Assembly: GCA_001275005.1 (NCBI GenBank)
Contig: JWZX01001576.1
Span: 1 to 36,285 of the forward strand
Length of the DNA: 36,285 nucleotides
Direction of reading: 5' to 3'
Source of the DNA: Chrysochromulina tobinii
Taxonomy: Eukaryota
Below are positions 1 to 12,200 of the stretch, in pieces (position 1 is the first letter of the stretch; each line of letters starts with the position of its first letter). The notes beneath the pieces were generated by a model that made no database searches, was not told the origin of the DNA, and saw only the letters and a list, made by a program, of their open reading frames with translations. The translations under genes and the position numbers were made by a program.

Positions 1-1
1 G

Positions 2-2491
2 GCCGCCGCCCCAGCCACAGCCCCAGCCGCCGCCCCGGCCACCGCCCCGGCCGCCCCCCCTGCCGCCGCCCCAGCCGCTGCCCTCCCGTCCGACACTAAG
101 ACGGCCATCTGTCGCAGCGATCCTGACGGCTGGTACACCTTTTATTTTGAAGAGCGCTCCGAGCCCCTCTTCCTGCGCGTGGGCGTCGCCTACGCGGCAC
201 CGGACGGCCAGGATGCCGAGCGCCATGCTGAGCGCGCCGTGGAGCGCCATGCTGAGCGCGCCGAGGAGCGCCGTGCTGAGCGCACCGAGGAGCGCCGTGC
301 TGAGCGGACCGAGGAGCGCCGTGCTGAGCGCACCGAGGACGCGAGAGACGATGCGCCGCTCAGCACGGCGCTTAGGCCGCTCGTGAGCGCATTTGAGAAG
401 GTGCGACGCCTCGCCATGGCGGCGAGCACGGCGGAGGATGCCGTCGATGAGCTCCGCGAGGGCGGCGCGGTCGCCACGCCAGGGGTCTCGCCTACCTCAT
501 CTTCTCCTTCGGGGCTCCGACCCACGACGGCGGCGGCGCCGCCCTCCTCATCGCGGCTGCAGGTGATGGCGTATCGTCCGACAACGGCCGGCGGCCCCGC
601 GCTTGCGACGGCGCTTTTGAGCAGCCGCAGCTCGGGCGAGATTGCGAGCAGCCGCAGCTCGGGCGAGATTGCTGTGGAAGCCCTCGCGGCTCGGCTTGGG
701 GAGCTCGTGGCTGCAGCATCGCTCCGGGCCCTCGGGCAGCACTACGCCCTCGTGCCGTCGACGATCGCCATGGTGCGCAGTCAGCTCGAGTTGCTGCCGC
801 CGGCGAGTGTGATCGAGATGGTCATCTCCCTTGAGGTGGGCACGCCCGAGGCGCTGCCTCTGCTCCGCATGGAGATGGGGCAGCTGCGCATCGTCCGCGC
901 GGGGCTGCAGCTCGAGCTCGTGGGCGACACACTGGTTGCGTGTCGCGGGGCTCTCGTACGCTCCACCTCGGCGCTCGTGCGCTCTGCCTCCGAGCCCACC
1001 GACATTCACATCATCTCGCCGCTCCAGACGCCCATCACGGCGCTGCAGACGCCCATCACGGCGCTGCAGACGCCCACGGCGGCGCTTGCGACGCCCACGA
1101 CGGCGAAGGATGCGCTTGTCGCCCGTCGGGTGCGCTCGACGCCCTTGCGCTCTCTCGTCGCGCACCGCGGCCACCCCGGCTTCTGGCTGCTCGCTCGGCT
1201 GGTCGCGCCCACGACGGCGCGGGTCACATCGGGCGCCGTCCCGATAGGTAGCAGCGACGCCTCCACCGCCGTGTCGCCGCCGCCGCCTGTCGCCTCTGCG
1301 TCGGCACCTGCCGCTGCCGCCCCCACGGCCCCGCCTGCCTCTTCGAACATGCCGCCGTCGGCGCGCGCCGTCCGGCAGGAGACGGCGGACGGCGGGGCGC
1401 GGGGCGGTGGCGCCCACGACGGCGCCTCGCGTCGGCTCGAGGTGCACGTCGTCGTGGGCGGGATGCTGCCCGAGCCATGCCGCGAGGTGCTCGAGAAGCT
1501 CGAGCGCGAGGCGCATGCAGCCGCCGCTCGTTCGACGAAACGGTCGTTGCTCAGCCGGCTCCACGAGACACGTGTCCTCGACGTGCGCTTGTTGCCCGGG
1601 GGCGAGCAGGAGCTGCCGTTGCTCGTCACGCATCCTCTGGAGCTGCATGAGCGCCTGCAGACCGACAAGTCTGCAGCGCTCGCCGCCGCGTGCGACGCTC
1701 TGCAGCCCTTTGCAGTGGACCCGGGGGGTGGCCACCCCAACGTCTTCGTGTACCGTACGGCGGCGGCGGCGGCGGGCAGCTCGCAGCGGCACATCTTTGT
1801 GCTGCGCCTCTCTCTGGATGAGATCCCCATCGAGGGCAGCGGCATCGCCTCCTCCGCCTCGTTCGTCGCGCTCGAAGGGAGCGCCGTCTTGGGCACCGTC
1901 TTGGACGGCGTCGTCGCGTGCGGCGTCTCGGCGAGCGTCCCTGGCAGCACGACGGCCGGCGCGCCGGCGGGCGCGCCCGCAGTCGAGCAGCCCGCAGCGG
2001 GCGCTGGCATCCAGGCTCGAACGGAGGTGAGGCTGCTGCTCAGCGTGTGTGGCGTGGACGAGCCCTCTGATGAGATCTCGCACGGTCTCGTCAATCACGT
2101 GCGCGAGAAGCTCGAGGAGCTCACCACGGCGCGCTTGGGGATCCTCCTGCCACGCATCGCACACACGCGAGTCTCGACCGCGGACCTGCGCTTCTTACGG
2201 CCCGTAGGCGCACCGCCGCTCGCCACCGCGCTCCTGCCGCTGCCGCGCACCGAGCCGTCGCGCACGCGGGCCGAATGGATGGACTGGCTGCGAGCGTGCG
2301 GGGGATGGCTTCGTGCGGGTGGCTGGTGCCCGCTCACCCACGCACCGCTCGCTGAGGCAGAGGTACTCACGTTGCTGCACGTGCCGCCGCGCTCGCACAA
2401 CTCGCGCCACGCGCACAAGGACTTGATCTGCGTCTTCGCGTCGCTTGAGGCGGCCTCGCAGGTCGACGTGAGCGGAGGCGGAGGCAGCGAC

Positions 2492-2543
<52 letters not shown>

Positions 2544-5534
2544 CGCGTGGAGACGCTGGGGAGGAGCCGTGGCGCTCTTCCGAGCTGGTTTGGGAGCAGC
2601 GGGTGCGCGTGCTTGGACACGCAGAGGCGTCGGATTGGTCGCTGCGCCTGAGGGCGTGGGGGCGTGGGCCTGGGGTCGTCGAGGGCGCCGTGGTGGTGGG
2701 TAGCCCCAGCGGACCTGACCCCCAGCGCTCCGATGGCCCCGCAGCCCAGCTCGTCGAGGCGCTTTGCTCGGCGTTCGCATCACGTCTGATCGAGGCGGAG
2801 GTGATCGAGGCGCTCGATTTCGTCCTGGCAGCTCTCCCGCGCACGAGCGCTGCCGGGATCACAATCTCCCCCGTGGCCCAGCGTCCACCCTCGCCCGTGC
2901 TCAGCCAGCAGCCCAATTTCATTCGCCCCTCTTCCGCGTTCGGCTTCCTCACAGGGCTTCCCTCCCTCCCTCGGCTGACGCCCCCCCTCTCCGACCCGCT
3001 GCCCCCACTGGTGCGCCGTGTCGCCTTTGCCCTCTGCGCCGCCAGTGCCGCCGGCTCGAGCGCCACGAGCCGCATGGCTCGCCCTCTCCTCATGCCGCGC
3101 TGGGCATTACGCCGCGTCGCGCACCTCGTTTGCCGAAGCATTGCAGAGCTGATGCCCCACGCACTCGCACCGTACCTCGTGTGCGCGACCGCCGCGGGGG
3201 ACGACTTCTTAGATGAGCAGTGGCAAAGGACCCCCCCCTCTACGTCCAATGAGTCTTCCGTCCACCGAGGGCAAGAAGTGGAGCCCTGTGGGGAACAGTC
3301 GAGCGCCGCGCCCGACGAGCACAGCGCTGTGCCGAGCGCCTCTGGCGCAGTGCCGAGCGCCTCTGGCGCTGTGCCGAGCGCCTCTGGCGCAGTCGGGCTC
3401 GTGCCTCCGCCGATACGTGTGCCGCCCATCTCGGCGCCCATCGGGTCCATCGGCGCCACGTCATCATACGGGGCCTCGGCACCAGCTGACCAGCTCAAAG
3501 GCGTTCACAGCGACTCGCCGTTCACAGCTGACCAGCTCTCGGGCGTGCGCGTGGCGAGCTGCGTGCTGCTGCTTGCCCTGCCCCTCTCGAGCCCCATCAG
3601 CCCGAGCACGAAGCAAGACGAGAGGTCCAGCCGCCTCGTGCTGCTCCACCTCGGGAGTGCCCTGGACGGCACCAGCGAGAACATCTCCACCCAAGCTCGC
3701 GCGGTGCACGACACTCATCGTATTTACTCTTCGGCGATTGGCTTCTCCCGTAGCGACGGCGCAGGGGCGGGCGCGCTGCCCTCGGCTGTGGGAACTCCTT
3801 CGCCGGCGGCGCCGCAGCTGCCGCCAGAGGTGCTTCCCTTGATGGCCATGCTGGACATGCAAGGGCAGCTCACGCGTCATGCGATGACGCTCCTCCCGCG
3901 CCGTGCCGAGCGCGATGGGCTCGTCGGCACCGGTAAGCCAACGCTCCCAACGACGTGCAGCTCGCCCCCGATCTCGGCGCCCGCTACGACGCCTTTGGCG
4001 CGGGAGCCTAGCAGCAGCAGCGGCGGCAGCAGCGGCGGCGCAGGAGCCCCCGCGGCCACCAGTGCCGTAGCCGAGGGCTCGAAAGGAAGCCGCGAGTCGA
4101 GCCGCGCCGTGCCGGGCGCCGTACCGGGCGCCTTGCCGGGCGCTGGGCAGGGCGCTGGGCAGGGCGTCGGTACAGGCGCCGTATCGGGCGCCATGGTGGG
4201 CGAGTCGATGGCAAAGGGAATGCCGCGCACCTCGCCGAACCTGAGCCGAACGGGCTCGGATTTGAGATCAGAGCTGAGACGCACGGTGAGCCTCGCTGCT
4301 GGCTCCGGGTACGACCCGAACATGAGCCGCACCGGCTCGAAGGGCGATGTGCATCGCGATGTAATGCCCTCCCAGTCGAACAAGCTCGCTTCGGCCTCGT
4401 CGGCGCTCTTGCATGCGGGCAAGCTGCACGAGGCGGCCGAAAGCGTGCTGCGCATTGCACCGAGGCTGCACACGTGGAGGCGCCCGCTTCTCCTCGTGCT
4501 CAGAGGCAACGGCAGCGGCGCCGGCGTCAGCGCCGGCGCCGCCACTGACACCGAGGCGGAGGCCGACACGCCCGAGGCAGGCCTCTTTGGGTGTTCTCGA
4601 TCGCGATCTCCGATGCATCTCGGCAGCGAGGACGGCGCCATGTCTTCGATCGTCTCCTCATTGAGCGTCTCGCCCCCACCGGCGCGATCGCCGCCCGCCG
4701 GGCTCGCGCACTCGCCCGTCGAAGGCCTCATCCTAGGCAGCCCCCCGTTTGGACTTGGCACCGCGCCGACCGGCACCGCGCCGACCGTGCATGGCGTCTC
4801 GCTCGCGACGGCTGCAAGCGCCGCCGTCCACGCTGAACGCGGAATGAACAACAGCCCCACTGTGGCCGCGGTCTCTGCGGCGTTTGAGCGTGCGGCGCTC
4901 CGCCAGGCATACTCGGAGCTCTCGTCCAAGCTGGTGCTCATGGTGGCGGAGCGCCTTGCCGAGCGGCTGAGCCAAGCTGGCCCGTACGCGGCCCATCACT
5001 GCCCGCCGCCCGCTACGGGCGCGGGTGCCATGCAGCCCGAGGGCGCCGAGCTGGGCGATGAGGCTGCGGAGGGCGTCGAGGAGGGCGTGTTCGAGGGGCC
5101 CAGAGCGGACACGGCGGCGGCGGGGGGGGTGCAATTTGTGCTTGCGCGCCGTCGCCGGTGCATCAGCCTGCTGCGACTGTCCACATCGGGGGGCGGCGTG
5201 CGCTGCGCCGTGCATCTGCTCGGCAGTCCGCCGCTCGAGCCGCGCGTGCGTGCGCGTGCTGCGGGTCCGTCGAGCGTCGTGCCGAGCGGGGGGCTCGACG
5301 CGAGACGAGACGACGAGACGGTGAGCGTGAATGCCCAACGCGACGCGAGACGAGACGACGAGACGGTGAGCGTGAATGCCCAACACGACGCGAATGCCCT
5401 CGCTGCCGAGGGTGCAGCAGCAGCAGCGCCCGAAGGGGGTGGCGACGGGACGTCCGAGCCGAACCGACAAGTGATCGTGGATGCAACCACGCATGAGAGC
5501 CGAGCGGCCGCGGCAGGTGCGGAGGGCGATGCCC

Positions 5535-5578
<44 letters not shown>

Positions 5579-6991
5579 ACCGCCGAGGACGCGGCTCCGG
5601 AGGTGAGGACGGCGCTCGAGGCACTGTATTACGACGCACACGTGGCCCTTTGCCTGCCGAGCGCGGCCGACGAGAGCGCCGTGTTGGTCGACGAGGGCGG
5701 CGAGGGCGGCGCTGCTAACCGGGCCACCCTCGGGGGAGCGAGCGTCGACTCGGTCACTTCGCTGCGCGCCTTGTTCGCTTCCTTTTCGAGCCCGCCGCTG
5801 AGCGCACGCTGCATCGTCCTCGAGGGCGAGGCCAACGGGCCACTCGCCTCGCCTGCACAGCTGCTTGGCTACCTCAGCTACCTCAAGCGACACGCCGGCG
5901 CCGCTGCCGGTGCGATGGGCAGCAGCGGTGGGGGCAGCAGCGGCGGGGGCAGCGGGGGCGTTGGTAGCGCCGGCCGGAGTGGCAGCCAAGTGCGCATCCT
6001 ACCTTGCGGCTCACGCGGCTCGATCGGGTTCCGGCTCCCAGAGCCTCATGAGGGCTTCGAATGCGTCGCATGGCTGCCGGACGGGTCGTCAGGGGGCGGT
6101 GGGGCGGCCGAGCCGGCGCCGCCAGCAGGCTGCTTCGGCAGTGCGGCCCATCCTTCGGCGCCCTCGGGTAGCGCTGTGCCGGGCGCGGGCGCGCAGGGCG
6201 GTAGCGCTGTGCCGGCGGAGGAGGAGGCCGGGGAGGGGCGCGCGTCGCCCGTCGCCCCGCCCGAGCCTACCCCAGGCTCGCGCTTCTCCTTTTTCCTCGT
6301 CGGAGCCCCCCGAGCGGCCGGTGCGGCGGCCGGTGGGGCGGCGGCCGGTGCGGCGGCGCGCGCACGCGACGAGGCCGGCCGACTGCTGGAACGCGCGTTG
6401 AGCGAGCGCTGGGCCGCCTATCGAAGCTATCTCGTGTGGACGCAGCTCCAGAGGGGCGACGCGCCGCCGGTGAGCGAGCTGATGGCCTTCCTCAAGGCGC
6501 TGCCGGTTGCCGTGGAGCTCGACACCATCTACCCATCGCTGCGCTCGCTACGTTCGCTGCCGCTGCCGTGGAGCGCCCTACTCCTCAGCCTCGCGAGGCT
6601 GCCGCTGCGCTCCTGCCGCTGGCACGACGGGAAGCGCGAGCACCTCATCCTGCTGCAGCGCGACCCCGCTCCCGCCAGCGCCCCGGCCTCGGTGCACGCG
6701 GGCGCCGCTGGCGCGGGCGCCGGTGCCGCGGCCACGGCCAGCACTGGCGGCGTGCACGGCGGGGCCCTCGCGTCTGTCGGCGGCGTGCACGGCGGGAGTA
6801 TCTGGTGCAGTGACCATCTCGTGCACTGCGAGGTGCGCTCGAGTGGGACAGAGCTGCGGCTGCGCGCGTGCTCGACGCGCCCGCTGACCGAGACGAGCGA
6901 ACTCAGTAGCGAGCTCACCGAGGTCGTCGCCAACGCCATCGCCTGCTGGGCGTGGGCCGCCGCGTTCGTGCCCCCGCCGCCCTCCTTTTGA
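2..6991 (+). CDS. SZT2: SZT2-like (KICSTOR scaffold) protein, 5'-truncated by the window, >2300 aa, no intron required
   Basis: The frame of ORF 179..6991 is open back to base 2 (AAAPA...DTKTAICRSDPDGWYTFYFEERSEPLFLRVGV). Blocks LLSRLHETRVLDVRLL, FAV...NVFVYRT...IFVLRLS, LSVCGVDEPSDEISHGLVNHVREKLEELT...STADLRFLRP and C-terminal LVWTQL...ELDTIYPSL...WSALLLSL...SCR...HLILL resemble, in order, blocks I recall from animal SZT2. They are separated by long low-complexity linkers. Confidence 0.7.
213..340 (+). repeat. 24-bp coding tandem repeat (AERTEERR-like, about 5 copies)
   Basis: The unit gctgagcgcaccgaggagcgccgt is repeated with variants. Confidence 0.85.
5297..5392 (+). repeat. 42-bp coding tandem duplication (DARRDDETVSVNAQ x2)
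   Basis: Direct repeat visible in both DNA and protein. Confidence 0.85.
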
Positions 6992-7201
6992 GAACAGAGA
7001 CTTAACCAAGAGAGATTCGAACGCGTGAAGCCACGTGAAGCAAGATCTGAAAAGTAGCTCCTACAACTTGGATTCCCAAAAGGGTAAAAGTTTCGGAGCC
7101 TCCGCGCGGAGAGCGGACCCCCATAACACAAACCGTGCTTCCGTGCAGCCTCCGTGCTGCGGAGAGAAGGGGCGACTCGTTTGGAGGCCCCCCGTCCGGA
7201 G

Positions 7202-8875
7202 ATGTGGAGCAAGGCTGGGCATTGGGGAGATTTTCTTGTCGCCTCCGCCCTGGGCGCGCGCTCCGAGAGCGTAACCTCACTCGAAGACGAGCCCCTCGCG
7301 TCGCCCCGTGTGCAGGAGGCCACCGCTCAGCGAAGTGAAATGGGTGGATACGCTTTCCTCCTTTTCTTTGTGATGACGGCTGACCTCGTCGTACTGTTGG
7401 TGGCGGGGCTCTTTGGAGCACTGCAATGGCGCACCATGCGAAAGGGGACGCAACGAGCACGTGGGAGTCGACGACTATCTCAGCCGGGAGGTCGGGTGAA
7501 TTTTTGGCTCATCGTTCTTATCAGCTTCAGCAGGATACCAAGCGTTGTTGGCATGTGGCCTGGTCCACCGCCACCGCCACCACTTACTTGCTCCAGCTGC
7601 TTTGGCCAAACGTGTGCACCGGGACAATGTTGTTGTGGCCTCCCTTTGCTTCGTGATGGTGGATGTTTTGAGCGATCCAAATGTTATGTCCCTGAGCTGT
7701 TCATTGGGTGTCCATTTAATACCCAAGGCGAGGGTTGGGTCTTTTGCCCAGGACCGCCACCTCCACCTTCTCCACCGCCACTTCCCCCTCCGCGACCTCC
7801 ACCTTCGCCCTCGCCGCCGCCACCTCGGCCGCCCTCGCCATCGCCACCGCCGCCCTCGCCCTCGCCACCGCCACCCTCGCCGCCTCCACCTTCGCACCCG
7901 CCGCCGCCAAAGAGGCCGCCGCCACGACCACCACCACCACCGTCGCCGCCGCCATTCAACACGTGCTCCAATTGCGGCGGATTTGGGTATATTTGTACAC
8001 CTGACCCAGGTGGCCTCGTACCGTGGTACGCGGCATACTGCGTGTGCACCACCACAAACGGGGGAGAATGCCATTGTTCCTCCAGTGATTGTGGACCGCC
8101 GCACTACGGGTGCTGGGCGACATTTTGCCCAGGTCCTCCACCACCACCACCACCATCGCGGCCGCCGCCGCCGCCACCCTCGCCGCCGCCGCCGCCGCCA
8201 CCCTCGCCACCGCCGCCCTCACCCTCGCCACCGCCGCCATCACCTCCACCCTCGCCACCCGACCTCACCCTCGTCCCCGCAACCGCCTCCCGCATGGTCC
8301 CCACGGCCATCGCCTTTGTCGGCACTGCGCTGACTGACGGCGCGACGTGCGCCTTTCTTCCCTCTGGCGACGACACGTGCGCGGGTGCCGCGGCCGGCCG
8401 GCTCTTTCCGACCGGCGGCGTGCTCTCGGGCGGCTCGCTCACCGTGCGCCTCGGCGGCCCGATGATCTACAAGCTCTGCGTCGCGCCGGCCGGCTCGGCC
8501 GCGAGCCTCGACGCTCACTTCACATATGTGAGCTCCGTACAGCTCACCGTCGAGATCTCGCCGTGGCAAGAGCCGCCACCGCCGCCGCCCTCGCCCCTTC
8601 CCGACGAAGGTATTCCAGTCGTGCCGCCGCCGGAGAGTGCGCCATCGGTCTCTGCCAACAAGGGCATGGACATCGGCCCCATTGCAGGCGGCGCCGGGGC
8701 CAGTCTCCTTCTCCTGGCCTTCCTCGGGCTGGTGTGGAAACGCCGCCAAGCAAATCGTGCGCAGACTGCCAACTCCCAGTCTGGGTACCAGCTGCGCGAG
8801 GTGACTCCCGAGGTGGTCACTGGGGTGGTGGTGGCTCCTCCTATGGTGCCCTACCAGAAGATGTCTGACATGTGA
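7202..8875 (+). CDS. Pro-rich (SPPP, extensin-like), Cys-rich cell-surface membrane protein
   Basis: First ATG at 7202 (7340 is an alternative). N-terminal hydrophobic segments, two Cys-rich modules each ending FCPGPPPPP, SPn linkers, a beta-rich module, then the TM helix IAGGAGASLLLLAFLGLVW followed by KRR and a short tail. Confidence 0.75.
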   Translation: MWSKAGHWGDFLVASALGARSESVTSLEDEPLASPRVQEATAQRSEMGGYAFLLFFVMTADLVVLLVAGLFGALQWRTMRKGTQRARGSRRLSQPGGRVNFWLIVLISFSRIPSVVGMWPGPPPPPPLTCSSCFGQTCAPGQCCCGLPLLRDGGCFERSKCYVPELFIGCPFNTQGEGWVFCPGPPPPPSPPPLPPPRPPPSPSPPPPRPPSPSPPPPSPSPPPPSPPPPSHPPPPKRPPPRPPPPPSPPPFNTCSNCGGFGYICTPDPGGLVPWYAAYCVCTTTNGGECHCSSSDCGPPHYGCWATFCPGPPPPPPPSRPPPPPPSPPPPPPPSPPPPSPSPPPPSPPPSPPDLTLVPATASRMVPTAIAFVGTALTDGATCAFLPSGDDTCAGAAAGRLFPTGGVLSGGSLTVRLGGPMIYKLCVAPAGSAASLDAHFTYVSSVQLTVEISPWQEPPPPPPSPLPDEGIPVVPPPESAPSVSANKGMDIGPIAGGAGASLLLLAFLGLVWKRRQANRAQTANSQSGYQLREVTPEVVTGVVVAPPMVPYQKMSDM

Positions 8876-9265
8876 GGGGAGGGCGCCGCAGCTGGACGGG
8901 CGTCACACCGCCGCATCTCCACTTCTCCAGTTGTAATGTGAGCGCGTGAGCGGCCCGGTGTGGGGTTGGTTCTCCACTGAGAGCGCGTACGCAGCGGCGC
9001 CCTGCAGCGGCGAGCGGGCCCGGACACAGGAAAAGCAGGGCTGTGCAGATAGCATTGAGGGTGTTCCCGCAGCAGCACGTGCTTGTCGAAGTCGTCGTGG
9101 TCATGTCTGGGCTGTCGGTGTGTCGACTGTGTGTCGCTCGAGGCGGGCGAGAGGGGCTTCAAAAAACGTCGTGTTGAGCGATTTCGAAAACGCGTCGCGT
9201 TTTTGGTCCGTCCGCGCGCGCACCGCCACCGGCGCGGCTTCTCTTTGGAGTAGGCACCGCACTAG

Positions 9266-12200
9266 ATGTTCGCCTTCGATGGGTTCATCCGACGAGAGCT
9301 CGACAAACTGATAGGCACAGCTGGCGACGCTAAAGTCAGCGTCAAAGGCGGCAACGTTGTCATCGAGGACTGCCACTTTGACGAGGCCGCGTTCGAGGAC
9401 ATCATCTTTCCGCCGACAGACCCGATGCTGCCGCCGCTGCGCCTGGGCACGATGCATGTGCGAAAACTCGCAATCACGATCCCGTGGGGCAACTTCTCCA
9501 AGGGATTCATCGACGTCGAGCTGGATGGCCTCAGCATAAACTGCTACCGCCGACCGCTGGAGGAGGCGACGAGTGAGATGCTGCGTGCCCGCAGGGAGGC
9601 GTGCGTCGCCGGGCTGATGGAGCAGCTCATCTCGACACTGACGGCCATGACGAAAGACTCGAAATCGAAGAAGAAGCCCAAGACCAAGCAGGATGCAAAG
9701 GCGTCCAAACCTGCAACGGACGAGCCAGACACCGGCGGAGGCGGCCCTTTCGGTCGCTTCGTGCGTGGCATCGTCCGCCAGGTCCTCCAGTCGTTCCGGC
9801 CGATCGTGCGTCTGACGAACGTGCACATCCGCTACGAGGATCTCCTGTCGGACACGAGCTCGCCGATGGCCTTGGGGCTCACCATACAGCGCCTCTTCAT
9901 ACAGCATCCCGACTCGCCCTACTCCGAGATGATCGAGGACCCCGAGATGCAACCCGTCAAGGACGTGACCTCGCTCGAGCTCAACCTCGACGGCGTCGGG
10001 CTGTACATGCACACCGCCTCGATGGGCGTGCAGTCAGTCATCGGCGGCGGCCCAGCTGCTCAAGCGGCCGCGGAGGCGGCTGGCAGCGCGAGCAACGCGA
10101 AGAAGCTGAGCGCCGGCGAGGCGCGTCGGCTTGCGGCGTCTGGTGGCGGAGCGGACGACCGGACAGTGGGGGCCATGGGGGCGCTGTTTGGCGAGTTGAT
10201 GCGCGGCGGCGACGATGGGCCCCATGGGCCGCAGCAGTGGCTCTTGAGGCCGATCCGCGTGAGTGGAAAGGTACACGTCAACGTTGGAGTCTTCATCAAG
10301 GCCCCGACTCGCTGGGACTGGAACCACCTTGCCGTGGCCAACCTGACCGTCTCGCCCATCCGACTGGCCGTCTCGGAGGCGCAAGCTACGAGCCTGGTGG
10401 CAGCCGGGGCGGCCCTGGCAGTCATGCCCGCGCGCTACCTGTTCGTGATGCTCCGGCCGGCTGTGTGGAATCCGCGTGCCGTGCTCCGCGCCGCGATGAA
10501 CGCGGTGCGCATGGCCCTCATCACCGTCTCACCGTCGACACGGCTGCGCAACGCGATCCGTGACCGATCCAAGTACCAGAAAGTCCTCGTGCACGCCTTG
10601 CTCGAGCTGCGCAAGCGTGACGGAAGCGCCACCCCGCAGCTCGAGGACATCAAGCACGTCACCTCGACCGACAAGTTGCCGCTGGCGAGTGTGCCTATGA
10701 CCCTAGTGGACTCCGCTCGGCCACAGGATGCGTTGCTGGAGATGGATGCATTGTCGACGCCGATGCAGATCGCCATGTGGCGGATCGTCGCGTGGTCGCA
10801 GGCCAAGGAAGCTGCCGAGCAGGAGAAGCTGCAGGGCAAAAAGGGCGGCCGTGCCGCATCCCTGCTCTCTGGATTGAGCTCCGCTAAGAAGAGTGTGGTG
10901 AACAGCGACGAGCTGATGGCGGCGAGCGATGCCGTCACACAGATCGGAGACCCCGGAGAAGAGCAGGGCGAGGACCCCCTGGCGGGTGCCCCGCGGCACT
11001 TTAACCTCGTGTGTGCCAACTTGAGGGTGCTCGAGATCTCATTGAAGCTCGTCATTGATGACTCGGCCAATCATGGGTCCCTCACGCTCGAGGCGGGCGC
11101 CAAGACGGGCGCCTCGAGCGCGCTCGCCGCGAAGACGGTGACCACCACGACCACGACGGTCAACCTTGACGGGTCTGTCACGACGACCACAAGTGTGACG
11201 ACGTTCGAACCGCCGGTGCGCGACGCGCCGATCTCGACGGCCCTCGGCGTGCGCATCGGACCGATCGTCGCACGCGCGTGGGTGGCGCCGAAGGAGGGGA
11301 TCCGCGCGCACGCGGCCATCGGGGAGCTCGTGATTGAGCACTCGACTGCACGCGGCGGGCACCGGATGCAGCCACTCGTCTGCTTCCCAGGGGAGACGGA
11401 CATCCCCGACACGTCACCGCTCCTCGGGCCGCCCATGCCGGAGACAGAAGAGCCGCGACCGGCTCTCTTTGGCTTCTTTGGCGGCGGAAGGAAGAAGACG
11501 CCGCCGCCCCCTTCTCCAGCTTCGGAGGGGGGTGGGCCAGCTGGCGCGCCCGTCGCGTCGCCGCCGGCGGTCCACGCAGTCGTCACGCTGCCCCCCGAGC
11601 AGCCACCCGGAGAGATGCCTCTAGATGGCTCGTTGAAGGCTTCCATTGTAATTGATCGCGGCGACCTGCGCCTCGCGCCCCACCAGCTGCATGAGCTCTT
11701 CCTTGCGTACTTCACCCCCCTCGACCGCGCCCTCGACTTGATGCCCGGCCCGGCGCTCGCGCGCGACAAGTTGGCCGAGTTGCGTCTCTTCACAGAGGGG
11801 ATGCTCACAAAGCCGTGGTGGGCCATCCTCTCCGCCCTCCCCGCGACCGCCGAGGGGCTGTCTGGCGCGATGCCCGCGCTCATGCCCCTCGACATCACCG
11901 CCACCATCCGCCACGGCCTGTCGCTCCACATCCTGGCAGAGCCTCCCGTGGACGCCGAGCCTCTGGCGCCGCTCGTGCCCCTTGCGATGGTGCGCGTGCC
12001 CCCGCTGCGCATCCAGCTGGCGCCAGCGTCGTCCACGGAAGTCAAATCGGAGTACAAGGAGGTGCGCATCGGCCTCACGTTGGACGGTGACGTCGTGCTC
12101 GGCGCACCGAAGGCGCCGAAGCCGTTCCGGCCCTTTAGTGGGCCCGAGGCGCGACCCTCGGTAGAGACGTCCAGGATGATGCCCATGTTGATCTCGGAGC

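Noticed and set aside
548..7323. Many long antisense or alternate-frame ORFs over the SZT2-like gene and other genes
   Set aside because: Expected shadows of very high GC coding sequence; no recognisable motifs.
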